Source: Macrostomum lignano (lineage: Eukaryota). From it: 64,000 bases of DNA. Under the pieces are notes generated by a model. It had not been told where the DNA came from and made no database searches. It was given only the letters and a program-made list of their open reading frames with translations. The stretch lies in assembly GCA_002269645.1 (NCBI GenBank), contig NIVC01001465.1:89720-153719 (forward strand), in the 5' to 3' direction. Each line of letters begins with the position of its first letter. The first letter of the stretch is position 1. Positions 26,563 to 48,000 of the stretch are shown here, in pieces. The position numbers and the translations under genes are program-made.

Positions 26563-28602
26563 TCAATACTTAATTCGACCTCCGTTGTTGTCCACGACCA
26601 TTTGGCATCGCCTCGGCATGCTCCCCACCAGTCTCGCCGCCACGCCTTCCTCGCCCATTCGCCGCCACTCCTCTTTGATGATTTGTTTGAGCCTTGCCGA
26701 ATCCTCACCGGCGCGGTCGCCCCGCCCCAGTAGTAGTTCGTGCCGCCTTTGCCGCACTCGGCTTTTGAGCAGCGCCCAAGCGTTTTCAATCGGGTTCAGG
26801 TCGGGCGACCGGGCCGGCCAGTCTTGGACGGTCGCGAGTTCGAGCCGCCGCTTGGCCTCGGCGACCAGCACCGTCCGATGGTGCGGCGCGTTGTCGTCCA
26901 TGAGCTGGCAGCTTTCGGGCAGGTGGCGCCGGCAGTAGGGCGCGGCCACCGCCTCCAGCAGGCGGGCGTAAGCCGGGCCGGTCAGGCTGTCCGGGAAGAC
27001 GGCCTCGCTCTGGCCGGTCAAGTGGATGCCAGCCCAGAGCCACACCGAGGGGAACTGGCGCCACTGCGGCTGCTCCTGCTGTACGCCCGGAGCTTGTGAC
27101 CTGCTTCTGAAATGTGGCAGCATACAAGTTTGGCCCTCGCAAATCGACCGTCGGTCAGCATGCAGTTGGGTTGGGGGGCAAGGGGGCCGCGGCCCCCTCC
27201 CCCTGATCATTTGGCAAAAACATATGCACCCCCTCGCGGTAGCTTTGGCGCCCCCTAGAAGTAGCTTTGGCGCCCCCTAGAAGTAGATTTGGCACCCCCT
27301 TGCGGTAGCTTTGGTGCCCCCTTGGAGGAAGTAGCTTTGGCGCCCCTTGCAGTAGCTTTGGCGCTCCCCAAAATATAATGGCGATCCCCAATAAAAAATC
27401 GTGGCTACACTCCTGACGCTGAACCCTGAGCACACACTCTTGAGACTTCACAGCGACCTGAATTTCTCATTCTCAGTAATGAGCAAACTTATTAACTTTC
27501 AGATGTAGTTAGGCGGCTGTATCCAGATTTCTATGGCTAAACTGAACGCACAAGCCATCAATGTCACTTTGCTTACCTTGTGAGGCGTTGCTCACCTGGC
27601 TGCCCATGGCCCGACGCCTCTGCCTCCGGATTCCTGCGCTCTTCCGTCACTCTCGAAGATTTTTTCCTGCTCAGATTTTTTATTCGCCATTGACGACCTC
27701 GGCAGGTAAAGTCGGTCAGCTTGAAGCAGGTCTCGTCCGTGAACAGAACTCTGCAATGCAATCAGAGCTGACCAGCTCAGAGTCTCACCTGTGCTCAGTG
27801 CAATCAGAGCTGACCAGCTCAGAGTCTCACCTGGCCCAGTGCAATCAGAGCTGACCAGCTCAGAGTCTCACCTGTGCTCAGTGCAATCAGAGCTGACCAG
27901 CTCAGAGTCTCACCTGTGCTCAGTGCAATCAGAGCTGACCAGCTCAAAGTCTCACCTGGCCCAGTGCAATCAGAGCTGACCAGCTCAGAGTCTCACCTGT
28001 GCCCCGTGCAATCAGAGCTGACCAGCTCAGAGTCTCACCTGTGCCCAGTGCAATCAGAGCTGACCAGCTCAAAGTCTCACCTGGCCCAGTGCAATCAGAG
28101 CTGACCAGCTCAGAGTCTCACCTGGCCCAGTACAATCAGAGCTGACCAGCTCAAAGTCTCACCTAGCCCAGTGCTCCGGTCTCCAGTGCAGCCGTAGCCG
28201 AGCCCACTTCAGACGCGCCGCGCACCAGGCCCTGAACTTGGCGCTTCCGGCAGGCGCGGAGTTGCCCCGATCCGCCCGACTGCGGAAGCCCGCCGAGATG
28301 AGCCGCCGCCTGACGGTGTGCCTGGACGCCGGCACGGACCAGGCTCGAGCCAGAGACTCGCAGGACAGGTGCGGGTGCGCTGCGGCCAGGCTGCACAGCT
28401 CTGAGTCCTGCCGAGGTCCGCTGATCCGGCTGAGTCTCCTGGGCTGGTTGGCTACGGTGCCCAGCAGGCGGTGCTTGGCGGCATTGTAGTGCGCGGCGCC
28501 GAGGGAGATGCCCAGCCGGCTGGCGATCTGCCTGTAGGAGGCGCCGGCCATGCGCATGCCAACCAGTTGCTGACGCTGCTCAGTGCTGAGCTGTGGCGGC
28601 AT
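26563..28602 (-). CDS. Tc1-family transposase with two spliceosomal introns (exons 28163-28602, 27577-27750, 26563-27106), DD35E triad
   Basis: Paired-like HTH N-terminus; splice joins W-A-R|VLFTDE; SVWLWAGI; MDDNAPHH-...-WPARSPDLNPIENAW; GGRIKY*. Both introns are phase 2 GT-AG. Confidence 0.85.
27751..28162 (-). repeat. Transposase intron 1, made of ~10 tandem 41-42-bp units, each GTGAG...CAG
   Basis: Unit GTGAGACTCTGAGCTGGTCAGCTCTGATTGCACTGGGCCAG read on the minus strand. Confidence 0.9.
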
Positions 28603-28849
28603 TTGGCACCGGCGGATTTTGTAGAGGGGTGGAGGCTGGTATAAGGCTAGCAATATTTTATGCAGCTTAGCGCAGACTGGGTAATTTATATTCATAATTA
28701 ACTGCCCCCCGCTGCTCCGCAATGCAGCTGTTATTGTCCGGGGCTACGTGTAGCCCCCCCCCCGCATAGAGTCAGCCAAGAATACAGCCGTCTGTGCTGG
28801 GCTGCAAGTATTTTTGCGCCATCTGGGTGGGGGTCCATTGTTCCTCAGA

Positions 28850-29040
28850 TCAGTGCTTACTGCAATATGCGCTCAGGCTAAAAGCGTTTTTGCAAGCGAA
28901 CTCAGTCAGTAACTTCTATTTATCGAACATGTACATATAGTATCTCATTTGGCGAAAACGCGATCAAAATCGGTGAAGAATTGCAGTCTCTAGAGCGTTA
29001 TGGACAAACATACAAATATTAGAGATTTAGTATATTTAGA
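28850..29040 (-). mobile_element. Helitron-like non-autonomous element end
   Basis: Minus strand A|TCTAAATATACTAAA..TTGTATGTTTGTCC..CACCGATTTTGATC, typical of animal non-autonomous Helitron 5' regions. Confidence 0.4.
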
Positions 29041-29948
29041 TTATTTACGGTATTCACATACTGCTATAAAGAAGCCCAACTAACTAACAAAATTACTAAG
29101 GAGACCGTGGGAGAAAGTGTTTGGAACAACGAATAATTATTTTGTGGTGGCTAAACTTGTACTTGTATTAAAGAAGTTAAACCCTAGCCCAGCTGTGCCT
29201 GTATAGTTCGTGACGCTGATCCAGGTTTATACATTTTTCAGATATTTATTGACAGCGTATTTGGTGAGATATGAATTAAGGCTATTTATGTGCATGTAGG
29301 AGTATGAGTACTATACATGCAGCTTATGTAGTACATGCATGTATAATCACCAAAGATGCTAATTTACCAAATGGTGACATAATAATAAAAGGAATATTTT
29401 TTCTTCACAACAGCAGTAAATAATTACTCAAATTTTAAGCATCTCGATCTTTGCCAATTGATCCATGTCATCGACTGCACTCTGTTGTAGTACAGAAGGA
29501 CTCTTGGCAACTCCGGAATCACGGGAAAAATTGAAAGCAGATTTTTTCACGATGCGGATCTACCTGCCACTCTGCTCCTCATTTTCCTCACTGCTTCTAC
29601 TAAACAGTGGTTCTCTTGTTCGTTAGGAAAATGCGTATAAATTATCAAAAATTTATTTTATTACAATTCGGCTTTGATTTTAAGCACATTTATTTAGTTT
29701 CGAAAACAGTTTTCTTTAAATTTTCAATATTACAAGCAAATATAGATTATCATATTAAAATGCTATAAATATTTTAAATCACTAATTAAGAAGCGACTTA
29801 TGCAGCTTGTTTGTTATAAATATTGCTGGCATTGTAAACAGTTGCTAGAAATCGCAGTTTTGAACAAACAAGTTCGGACCGATTTATTTTAATCTCTTTA
29901 CCAATACAGTTTGCTCCAAGGAGGCTTTCCTTTACAGCTTCTGGAAAA

Positions 29949-39165
<9,217 letters not shown>

Positions 39166-39888
39166 CAAATTTCTTCAGGACAGTTAAACTACGAGTACAA
39201 AGACTTGGTTGGAAAGAAAAGGCGGAATCCTGGCAGAAAAACCTTCGGTTGATCACTTTAGTCTATGGCAATTTAGCCCACTAAATATAGCTTTTTAGTT
39301 TAAATCAGAGAATCTGTAGTGAAAAGGGTAATCGCTAGGCTTTTGACCATAGACTAAAAAGATATAAAGCTTTATATTGAGCTGTGACTGCGACAAAACT
39401 ATCAGTTAATTAGATAGTTATTTGTTTTGTTTTATGAGTAAGTTCTACATGTACTTTAGATTGTTAGCCAGGCTTTGTAAGCTACTAAAAGAAAGCGAAG
39501 AAGCGATCATTCGTCTATTTTTCTTATTTTACGATATACTTTTATTACAGCTAAAAAATTATCAGTTGCCTTAACCTATGCCTAACTTAAGCGTAAATAT
39601 TGATTTGGCATACCGCCCACACAACGCGTAGACTAGGTTCAAAGACTTTCGGAGACTTAACCAAAGTAACTGCGCCTTTTGTATTCGGTAAACTTTTTTC
39701 TTTCTTATTGCTTTGATAAATCATTTTATACGCGTTTCAGTTGTAAGATTGATCAGAAAACAAAATATATTCAAGCATGACTACTTTTATTTATGGATTG
39801 GTTTTCTTAAAACATACTTGAATTTGTATGAACTTTTTGATATCTCGCACAAGTTTTACCCAAAATCACCGCGAAATCTCACCTAAAT

Positions 39889-40630
39889 ATCTGGGGGATG
39901 CTTGCTATCTGGGGGATGCTTGCTATCTGGGGGATGCTTGCTATCTGAGGGATGCTTGCTATCTGAGGGATGCTTGCTATCTGAGGGATGCTTGCTATCT
40001 GGGGGATGCTTGCTATCTGGGGGATGCTTGCTATTTGGGGGATGCTTGCTATCTGAGGGATGCTTGCTATCTGGGGGATGCTTGCTATCTGAGGGATGCT
40101 TGCTATCTGGGGGATGCTTGCTATCTGGGGGATGCTTGCTATCTGGGGGATGCTTGCTATCTGGGGGATGCTTGCTATCTGGGCGATGCTTGCAATTTGG
40201 GGGATGCTTGCTATCTGAGGGATGCTTGCTATCTGGGGGATGCTTGCTATCTGAGGGATGGTTGCTATCTGAGGGATGCTTGCTATCTGAGGGATGCTTG
40301 CTATCTGGTGGATGCTTGCTATCTGAGGGATGCTTGCTATCTGAGTGATGCTTGCTATCTGGGGGATGCTTGCTATCTGGGGGATGCTTGCTATCTGGGG
40401 GATGCTTGCTATCTGGGGGATGCTTGCTATCCGGGGGTTGCTTGCAATCTGGAGGATGCTTGCTATCTGGGGGATGCTTGCTGTCTTGGGATAATTTCTT
40501 TTTGCATTGCACTTCCTTTGAGTATTTTGTCTGTTTTCTTTGTGAAGCCTTTTTTTGGCTATCTTTTTGTTACTTGTAGAGAACAGAGGTTCTATACAGA
40601 TGTCCCCCAACGGGGGGCGAAGATTGCTAG
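39889..40630 (+). mobile_element. Helitron-like element carrying an 18-bp minisatellite (CTATCTGGGGGATGCTTG, 39889-40485)
   Basis: 3' end CCCCCAACGGGGG hairpin, then GCGAAGATTG-CTAG|T. Confidence 0.5.
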
Positions 40631-40859
40631 TCTCACCTAAATTACGAGCTAGACCGAAAATTCCACACTAAATGAAACAGTAGCACACACTCGACTGTGT
40701 CTGTGTGCTTATCAACTTTAGTAGGTCGAATCAACTCTAGTTAGAGACCATTTTTAGTATATGGAATGGAAGGCATACATGTATCTTGTAGACTGAATTA
40801 ATTCTTCCTTGGAGATACGATCGGATACTACAGTACACATTAGTGCCAGATTAGAAACT

Positions 40860-41230
40860 CATTTTGGCGCCGCAGACACCCATTTTAGCGCCGCCGGTAC
40901 TCATTTTGGCGCCGCGGACACATTTTGGCGCCGCATGCACTCATTGTGGCGCCGTTGGCACTCATTTTGGCGCCGCATGCACTCATTTTGACGCCGCATG
41001 CACTCATTTTGGCGCCGCAGACACTCATTTTGGCGCCGCATGCACACATTGTGGCGCCGCTGGCACTCATTTTGGCGCCGCATGCACTCATTGTGGCGCC
41101 GCTGGCACTAATTTTGGCGCCGCATGCCCTCATTGTGGCGCCGCTGGCACTGGCACTCATTTTGACGCCGCATGCACTCATTTTGGCGCCGCATGCACTC
41201 ATTGTGGCGCCGTTGGCACTCATTTTGGCA
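40860..41230. repeat. Minisatellite with GGCGCC/GCATGC palindromes
   Basis: CATTTTGGCGCCGCATGCACT-type tandem units. Confidence 0.9.
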
Positions 41231-42104
41231 CCTGTTAATCCTTCCTTTCACAGAATTTTAAACTAATTGAAAGTTCTCTGTTAGAAGTAAGTGAAGCTAT
41301 TAAAACAAGCCTTGAAACAGGTATTTGTTTCACTCAGCATTGCTAAACAATCAGAAGCATTGATGAAAGCCGGTGATTGGCGGTGGCTATGCGGTACGCA
41401 AGCATTTATTAAAGAGACAGCTTCTAAGCTATATAATCTGGCGGTATAGATAGCAAATTGGCCCAGCAAATAAAACAAATGACTGCATGTTTTCGGACCG
41501 AGTAATTCAATAAGTGGGGGGGGGTTGGGGTCTTTGTTTTCAGCACAGCGCGGGCGGGCGCGTTTAATACAAAAAAATTCGCAAAAGTTGCACACCGAAC
41601 CAAACCACCCGAAAGATCATTATAAATAAAAAAATGATTTATTGCACTACGCGGTGACAAGACACCCAATTGCGTTAACAATAAATGAGTACATGATTTT
41701 GATAATTATGTACAGAGAAAGTTAACAACTCTGTAAATACGGCAACAGTGCAGTCGCTAAACACTGCTAGCTGAATAAAAAATATCCTTAAATATGATTT
41801 ATGACTCGTAGCAGTTGGCCAGTTAATCCGGTTAGTTGCACAGTAGTGACAGAGAAATCAAATAAAAAATTATTATCAAAAAGTGGAAGATTAATTATGA
41901 TTAATGTGCGTCTTTGCCAGCAATTCAAGCAACTCGGGAAATGCGAACAGCGACAAACAAGGTGATACAAACCGATACACAGTGCGAGTATGAGCAGAGG
42001 GGTCCCCGTCACCATAGGTGAAAACACCTGTTTTTAATGTTTTAAGCCTGAGAGATGGACACATTATACAGATAAGCGAGGTAAGCGTTTGACTGGTCTC
42101 ATTG

Positions 42105-42660
42105 ATTGCGGTCACACTCAGTATCACTACGGTCACACTCAGTATAATTGCGGTCACACTCAGTATCACTACGGTCACACTCAGTATAATTGCGGTCACA
42201 CTCAGTATCACTACGATTACACTCAGTATCACTACGATTACACTCAGTATCACTGCGGTCACACTCAGTATCACTGCGGTCACACTCAGAATCACTTCAG
42301 TCACACTCAGTATCACTTGCGGTCACACTCAGTATTACTGCAGTCACACTTAATGATCACACTGCGGTCACACTCAATGATCAAACTGCGGTCACACTCA
42401 ATGATCACACTGCGGTCACACCACTCAATGATCACACTGCGGTCACACTCAATGATCACACTGCGGTCACACTCAATGATCACACTGCGGTCACACCACT
42501 CAATGATCACACTGCGGTCACACCACTCAATGATCACACTGCGGTCACACTCAATGATCACACTGCGGTCACACTCAATGATCACACTGCGGTCACACCA
42601 CTCAATGATCACACTGCGGTCACACTCAATGATCACACTGCGGTCACACTCAATGATCAC
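42105..42660. repeat. ~21-24-bp minisatellite (GCGGTCACACTCAATGATCACACT / GGTCACACTCAGTATCACTAC)
   Basis: Tandem repeats with a unit switch near 42340. Confidence 0.9.
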
Positions 42661-43157
42661 ACCGCACTCATTAGCGCAAAACCGATAAGACAGTTAGGAT
42701 GGACACTGTGAGCTAAGCGGGTGCTGGTCAAAGCGAGAGCACTGAGCAGACAATATTGAGTTGAGAGACAGTCAGATCAAATTAAAAAGCGGAAATCAAT
42801 AAACGGTGAAGCAAGGAACCGATATTAATACAGTCAGAAAGGTGAATTTTACAAAAAGCGAAGCCCAATTAAGTGAATACCGTGACTTTTCAATAACATA
42901 AATGTGAGCCGAAATACAATTAATAAAAATTCAACGATAAACCAACAAATACTGCAATAATTGATAAAAAAACAACAAACGAGACGCACACAAAAATATA
43001 TCGGAAGATTAGATCAGCCCACCTGTCATAGCAAGCGGACTTGTGTATAGATAATAAACATTGCTGTAATAATAATAATAGTAATAGTCATAAATCAGAG
43101 CGAAGCCATGCAGACTGCACAAAGAGGGAAGAGACACCAAAGCTTCGAGGCGGAGGC

Positions 43158-43544
43158 CTTTTGCAGCCCATTTGGGCCTACGCGCATTGAATTTAATCCA
43201 AGATTCGTTTGCCACTGTAATGGTGCTTTTGTCTATGGTAGCAAGGCTGGCACAGCGGCTTTTGATTTGGTCCAACAAGCATCAATTCGGTCTAAACACT
43301 CGTGAGACATTGGAGGCAGTGGTTTCAACGCGCTGATGGATGCTGCAAACCATCTTTTCTTTTACATTCAGCAATCTTGCACACAACAGTTCTCCACAAC
43401 AGTTGCAAATGAAGCTATGGACCAAATTGATGCTTGTTGGACCAAATCAAATGCCAGCCTTCTACCATAGACAAAAAGCTCTGTTTGGCAAACCTATCTT
43501 GGATTAAATTGAATGCGCGTAAGCCCATAATGGCGTGCAAAAAG
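43158..43544. mobile_element. Foldback/MITE: ~130-bp imperfect inverted repeats (43158-43292, 43420-43544)
   Basis: Arms share GGGCYTACGCGCATT.AATTTAATCCAAGAT, TTTGTCTATGGTAG, TTTGATTTGGTCCAACAAGCATCAATT; a terminal fragment recurs at ~50119-50163. Confidence 0.7.
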
Positions 43545-44084
43545 CAACATTAGCAACACCTGAGCGAAGCAAAAATACTTGCAATTTAATGACTTGATTT
43601 GCGCAGAGCTGATAAATCAGTAAATAAATAAAATACAATTGCAGGCTTTATGAATATATCAATCGTATGGCTGCAACAGGGACGGGTCAAGGTCAGAATA
43701 ATCGCTTCTTGGTTTCACTAATCGGAGCCACGAGAACTGAGATTGAAAATTTGCACTAAGCCTGATTGAGTAGCGAATAGAGAATCAGATTTTTAAAAAC
43801 GAAACAACGAAAATCTTTTTTTAATAAGTGGCTAAGAAAAACGATGGGGCAAATACACACACAGTGACTAATTTACTAGCAAAATTAGCAAAGAAGAGTA
43901 GTAAAGCAAGTGGTTTCAATTAGCACTAGGGCTACGCTAGGACTGCTCTGCGCAATCTGCTAACAAATTGTTCTGCTTTTTGGAAGACAAAACTTCACAT
44001 TTTGCTAGAACTCTGTCTGTTGAAAGGGCCAAAGCTGAGGATCCGGGAGGCTGGCCCAGCAACAGGGTACCTGGGAGCACGGGG

Positions 44085-44975
44085 AGTTAAAAAGGATCTG
44101 GGAGGCAAGGGGAGTTTTCAAAAGGATCTGGGAGGCAAGGGGAGTTTTTAAAAGGATCTGGGAGGCAAGGGAGTTCAAAAGGATCTGGGAGGCAAGGGAG
44201 TTCAAAAGGATCTGGGAGGCAAGGAAGTTCAAAAGGATCTGGGAGGCAAGGAAGTTCAAAAGGATCTGGGAGGCAAGGAAGTTCAAAAGGATCTGGGAGG
44301 CAAGGGAAGTTTAAAAGGATCTGGGAGGCAAGGGGAGTTCAAAAGGATCTGGGAGGCAAGGGGAGTTCAAAAGGATCTGGGAGGCAAGGGGAGTTTTTAA
44401 AAGGATCTGGGAGGCAAGGGGAGTTCAAAAGGATCTGGGAGGCAAGGAAGTTCAAAAGGATCTGGGAGGCAAGGAAGTTCAAAAGGATCTGGGAGGCAAG
44501 GGGAGTTCAAAAGGATCTGGGAGGCAAGGGGAGTTCAAAAGGATCTGGGAGGCAAGGTGAGTTTTTAAAAGGATCTGGGAGGCAAGGGGAGTTTTTAAAA
44601 GGATCTGGGAGGCAAGGGGAGTTTTTAAAAGGATCTGGGAGGCAAGGGAGTTCAAAAGGATCTGGGAGGCAAGGGAGTTTTTAAAAGGATCTGGGAGGCA
44701 AGGGAGTTCAAAAGGATCTGGGAGGCAAGGGGGTTTAAAAGGATCTGGGAGGCAAGGGAGTTCAAAAGGATCTGGGAGGCAAGGGAAGTTCAAAAGGATC
44801 TGGGAGGCAAGGGGGTTTAAAAGGATCTGGGAGGCAAGGGAGTTCAAAAGGATCTGGGAGGCAAGGAAGTTCAAAAGGATCTGGGAGGCAAGGGAGTTTA
44901 AAAGGATCTGGGAGGCAAGGGAGTTTAAAAGGATCTGGGAGGCAAGGGGGTTTAAAAGGATCTGGGAGGCAGGGA
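44085..44975. repeat. 27-31-bp minisatellite (AAAAGGATCTGGGAGGCAAGGGAGTTC)
   Basis: Tandem repeats downstream of UGCG. Confidence 0.95.
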
Positions 44976-45079
44976 GTTAGGAGTGCAGGGGGACAGCCAG
45001 GCCCAGTGGTGACTTGGGAAGAACTTGAGTTCGCAATTGGACAGTCAGGCAGCACTGGTAGCTGGTAGTGAGCACGCGG

Positions 45080-48000
45080 TCACAGCGGCAGCACAGGTGC
45101 AGTGGTAACCAGGGTGGTGTGACCGCCCAGCGTCACCCTGTAGGTATTCTTGCCCCAGCGGACGCGTCGCGGGTTGAGCAGGCCCTCAACATAGACAAAA
45201 GCGTTGAGCAGCTCCCTGAGGCACCAGGCGGCTAGAAAATTGGGCAACCGGAACGGCAGCGGGGAGTTCTGAATAAGCCGGAGCTGGTGATAATCCAGCG
45301 AGATCCACATCACGGCGTGGACGGCGAACACCAGGTAGGGGTTGACGTCGAACAGGTAGTACACCGCCCAGCTGATGTAGGCGCCGAGCGGCACGCACTC
45401 GGTCAGGGGCTCCAGCAGCAGCGTCACCAGCGGCATCATGTTGAGCCGGAGCCGCCACCACCGGACCATGCGGTCCTTGTAGCCGGCGATTGACGAGGCG
45501 GCAACCTGTGCGCAAAACGAATAGAAAACTCTGCGTTGCCTACTTATGTAGTAGAGTAGCCAGAAACGGAAAGCTATTATTGAAGATAATATAGAAATGC
45601 ATAAGTAATTAGATGAAGGTTAATTAGAAATTGGCGAGTCAGTTATAAAAATTTGTTTTCATTTTTATTTGCGACTTATCTATGGGTTTTAAAAATCCCA
45701 AATCCTCACTTTCACAGCTCCATCTTTCTAGTTAAAGATTGTGACGCTACGATTCTGTGGTGGGCTGTTGCGGTCTGCTTCCAGTCCAGGTAGCCAGAGG
45801 TCCTTGGTAGGTATGGTCTTAGTCCAGGTAGCTGAAGGTCTTTAGCAGGCATGGTCTCAATTCGAGTATCATCAGATAACTAATTAAAAGTCCTTGGCGG
45901 GTATGGTCTTAGTCCAGGTACTTAAAGGTCCTTGGCGGGTATGGTCTCAATTCAGGTATCAGATAGCTAAAAGTCCCTGGCGGGTATGGTCCTAGTCCAG
46001 GTAGCTAAAGGTCCTTGGCGGGTATGGTCTTAGTCCAGGTAGTTAAAGGTCCTTGGCGGGTATGGTCTCAATTCAGGTATCAGATAGCTAAAAGTCCCTG
46101 GCGGGTATGGTCTTAGTCCAGGTAGCTAAAGGTCCTTGGCGGGTATGGTCCTAGTCCTTGTAGCTAAAGTTCCTTGGCGGGTATGGTCTTAGTCCAGGTA
46201 GTTAAAGATCCTTGGCGGGTATGGTCTTAGTCCAGGTAGCTAAAGGTCCTTGGCGGGTATGGTCTTAGTCCAGGTAGCTAAAGGTCCTTGGCGGGTATGG
46301 TCCTAGTCCAGGTAGCTAAAGGTCCTTGGCGGGTATGGTCTTAGTCCAGGTAGCTAAAGGTCATTAGCGGGTATGGTCTTAGTCCAGGTAGCTAAAGGTC
46401 ATTAGCGGGTATGGTCTTAGTCCAGGTAGCTAAAGGTCCTTGGCGGGTATGGTCCTAGTCAAGGTAGCTAAAGGTCCTTGGCGGGTATGGTCCTAGTCCA
46501 GGTAGCTAAAGGTCCTTGGCGGGTATGGTCTTAGTCCAGGTAGTTAAAGGTCCTTGGCGGGCATGGTCTCAATTCAGGTATCAGATAGCTAAAAGTCCCT
46601 GTCGGATATGGTCTTAGTCCAGCTAGCCTAAGGTCCCTGGCAGGTAATGTCTTAATCCAGGCAGCTAAAGGTCCATGTCCATGGTCTGCTGGTGGTGAAT
46701 ATGGTCTGGTTCTAATCCAGGTAACTAGAATCCCTGGTGCGTCATATCCCAGACCAGGTAACTAGAGCTCACTGGAGTGAATGTCCAATCCCAGCCCAGG
46801 AACATAGAAGTACCTATCAGGTCCGCGTCCAGTCTAGGTGGTAGCTAGAGGTCCCTGGCAGGTTATAGCCAGCTACCAATCCAGGAAACCAGAGCTCCAT
46901 GCAGCCAAGGCCATACCGTCCCCATGCAGCATTTCTCACCATCTGCTGGGCGGGAAAGGCGCTCAGCACCAGTTCGTAGCCGCGAGAGTGCAACGCCTGC
47001 GACAGGAAGTAGTCCTCGGCCAGGTAGCGGCCGTAATGGGCCAGGCCGCCGACCTCGTCCAGGTAAGACTTGCGCACCAGGTAGCTCATGCCGGTGAACA
47101 CGTGGGTGCCCAGCCGGTTCAGTGCCAAATAATTCCTGCCCATGTTGCAGCCGAATGCCAGCTTCTCAACCGTGGCGGCGATACCGCCAACTCCATCGTT
47201 CATCATGTAGGGCAGCTGGTGGCAGATGGCCACGTGCGGGTCCGACTGCACGCTGGCCACCAGGTCCAGCAGGATGGCCGTCGAGGCCCGGATGCGCGAG
47301 GTGGACACCCACACCAGGTCATGCTTGGCTCGCTCGTAGGCCGGTGCCATGTTGTGCACCATCGGGTTGGTGACGCCCGGCTTGCCGCCTGCAGGTTGGA
47401 GACGGGGGTGGAAAAATCTGATTGATTCGCGTGAGGCAGCTTGTGGAAAGTGGGCGAATGGCGATGATCCTAATGGCGATGATCCCAAGGGCGATGATTC
47501 TAATGGCGATGATTCTAATGACGATGATCTTAATGACGATGATCCTACTGGCGATGATTGTAATGGCGATTATCCCAAGGGCGATGGTTCTAATAGCGAG
47601 GATTCTAATGGCGATGATCCCAAGGGCGATGGTTCTAATGGCGATGATCAAAAGGGCGATGATTCTAATGGCGATGATCCTAAGGTGATACGATGATTCT
47701 TACGGGGGTGTTCTTAAGGGCGATGCAGGGCGAATCATGTCTTAGCTATTTTGTATAAATTTGACCTACTAAACAATTTTTTTTTGAATTTCGCCATTAA
47801 AATTTTCGCAAAAAATTGCTTATATTTCATTCCTGAATTATGAAGCTAATTTTCTAAACAAAGTTTTGGGGCATTCTTACTTTTGCAAGCAACTGTAGAT
47901 GGGGCAACCCTCTCCATCTAACGGGTACAAACACAGGAAGCAAAAGTACAAAGGTGGGTGGAGCTCACGCAGTGTTGCATTTTATAGATCTAAGTTGTGG

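Noticed and set aside
25318-29203. Candidate Tc1 TIRs TA|CATGTGCAGCTGGG and CCCAGCTGTGCCTG|TA
   Set aside because: Only 11/14 match with no convincing extension; suggestive but compatible with chance.
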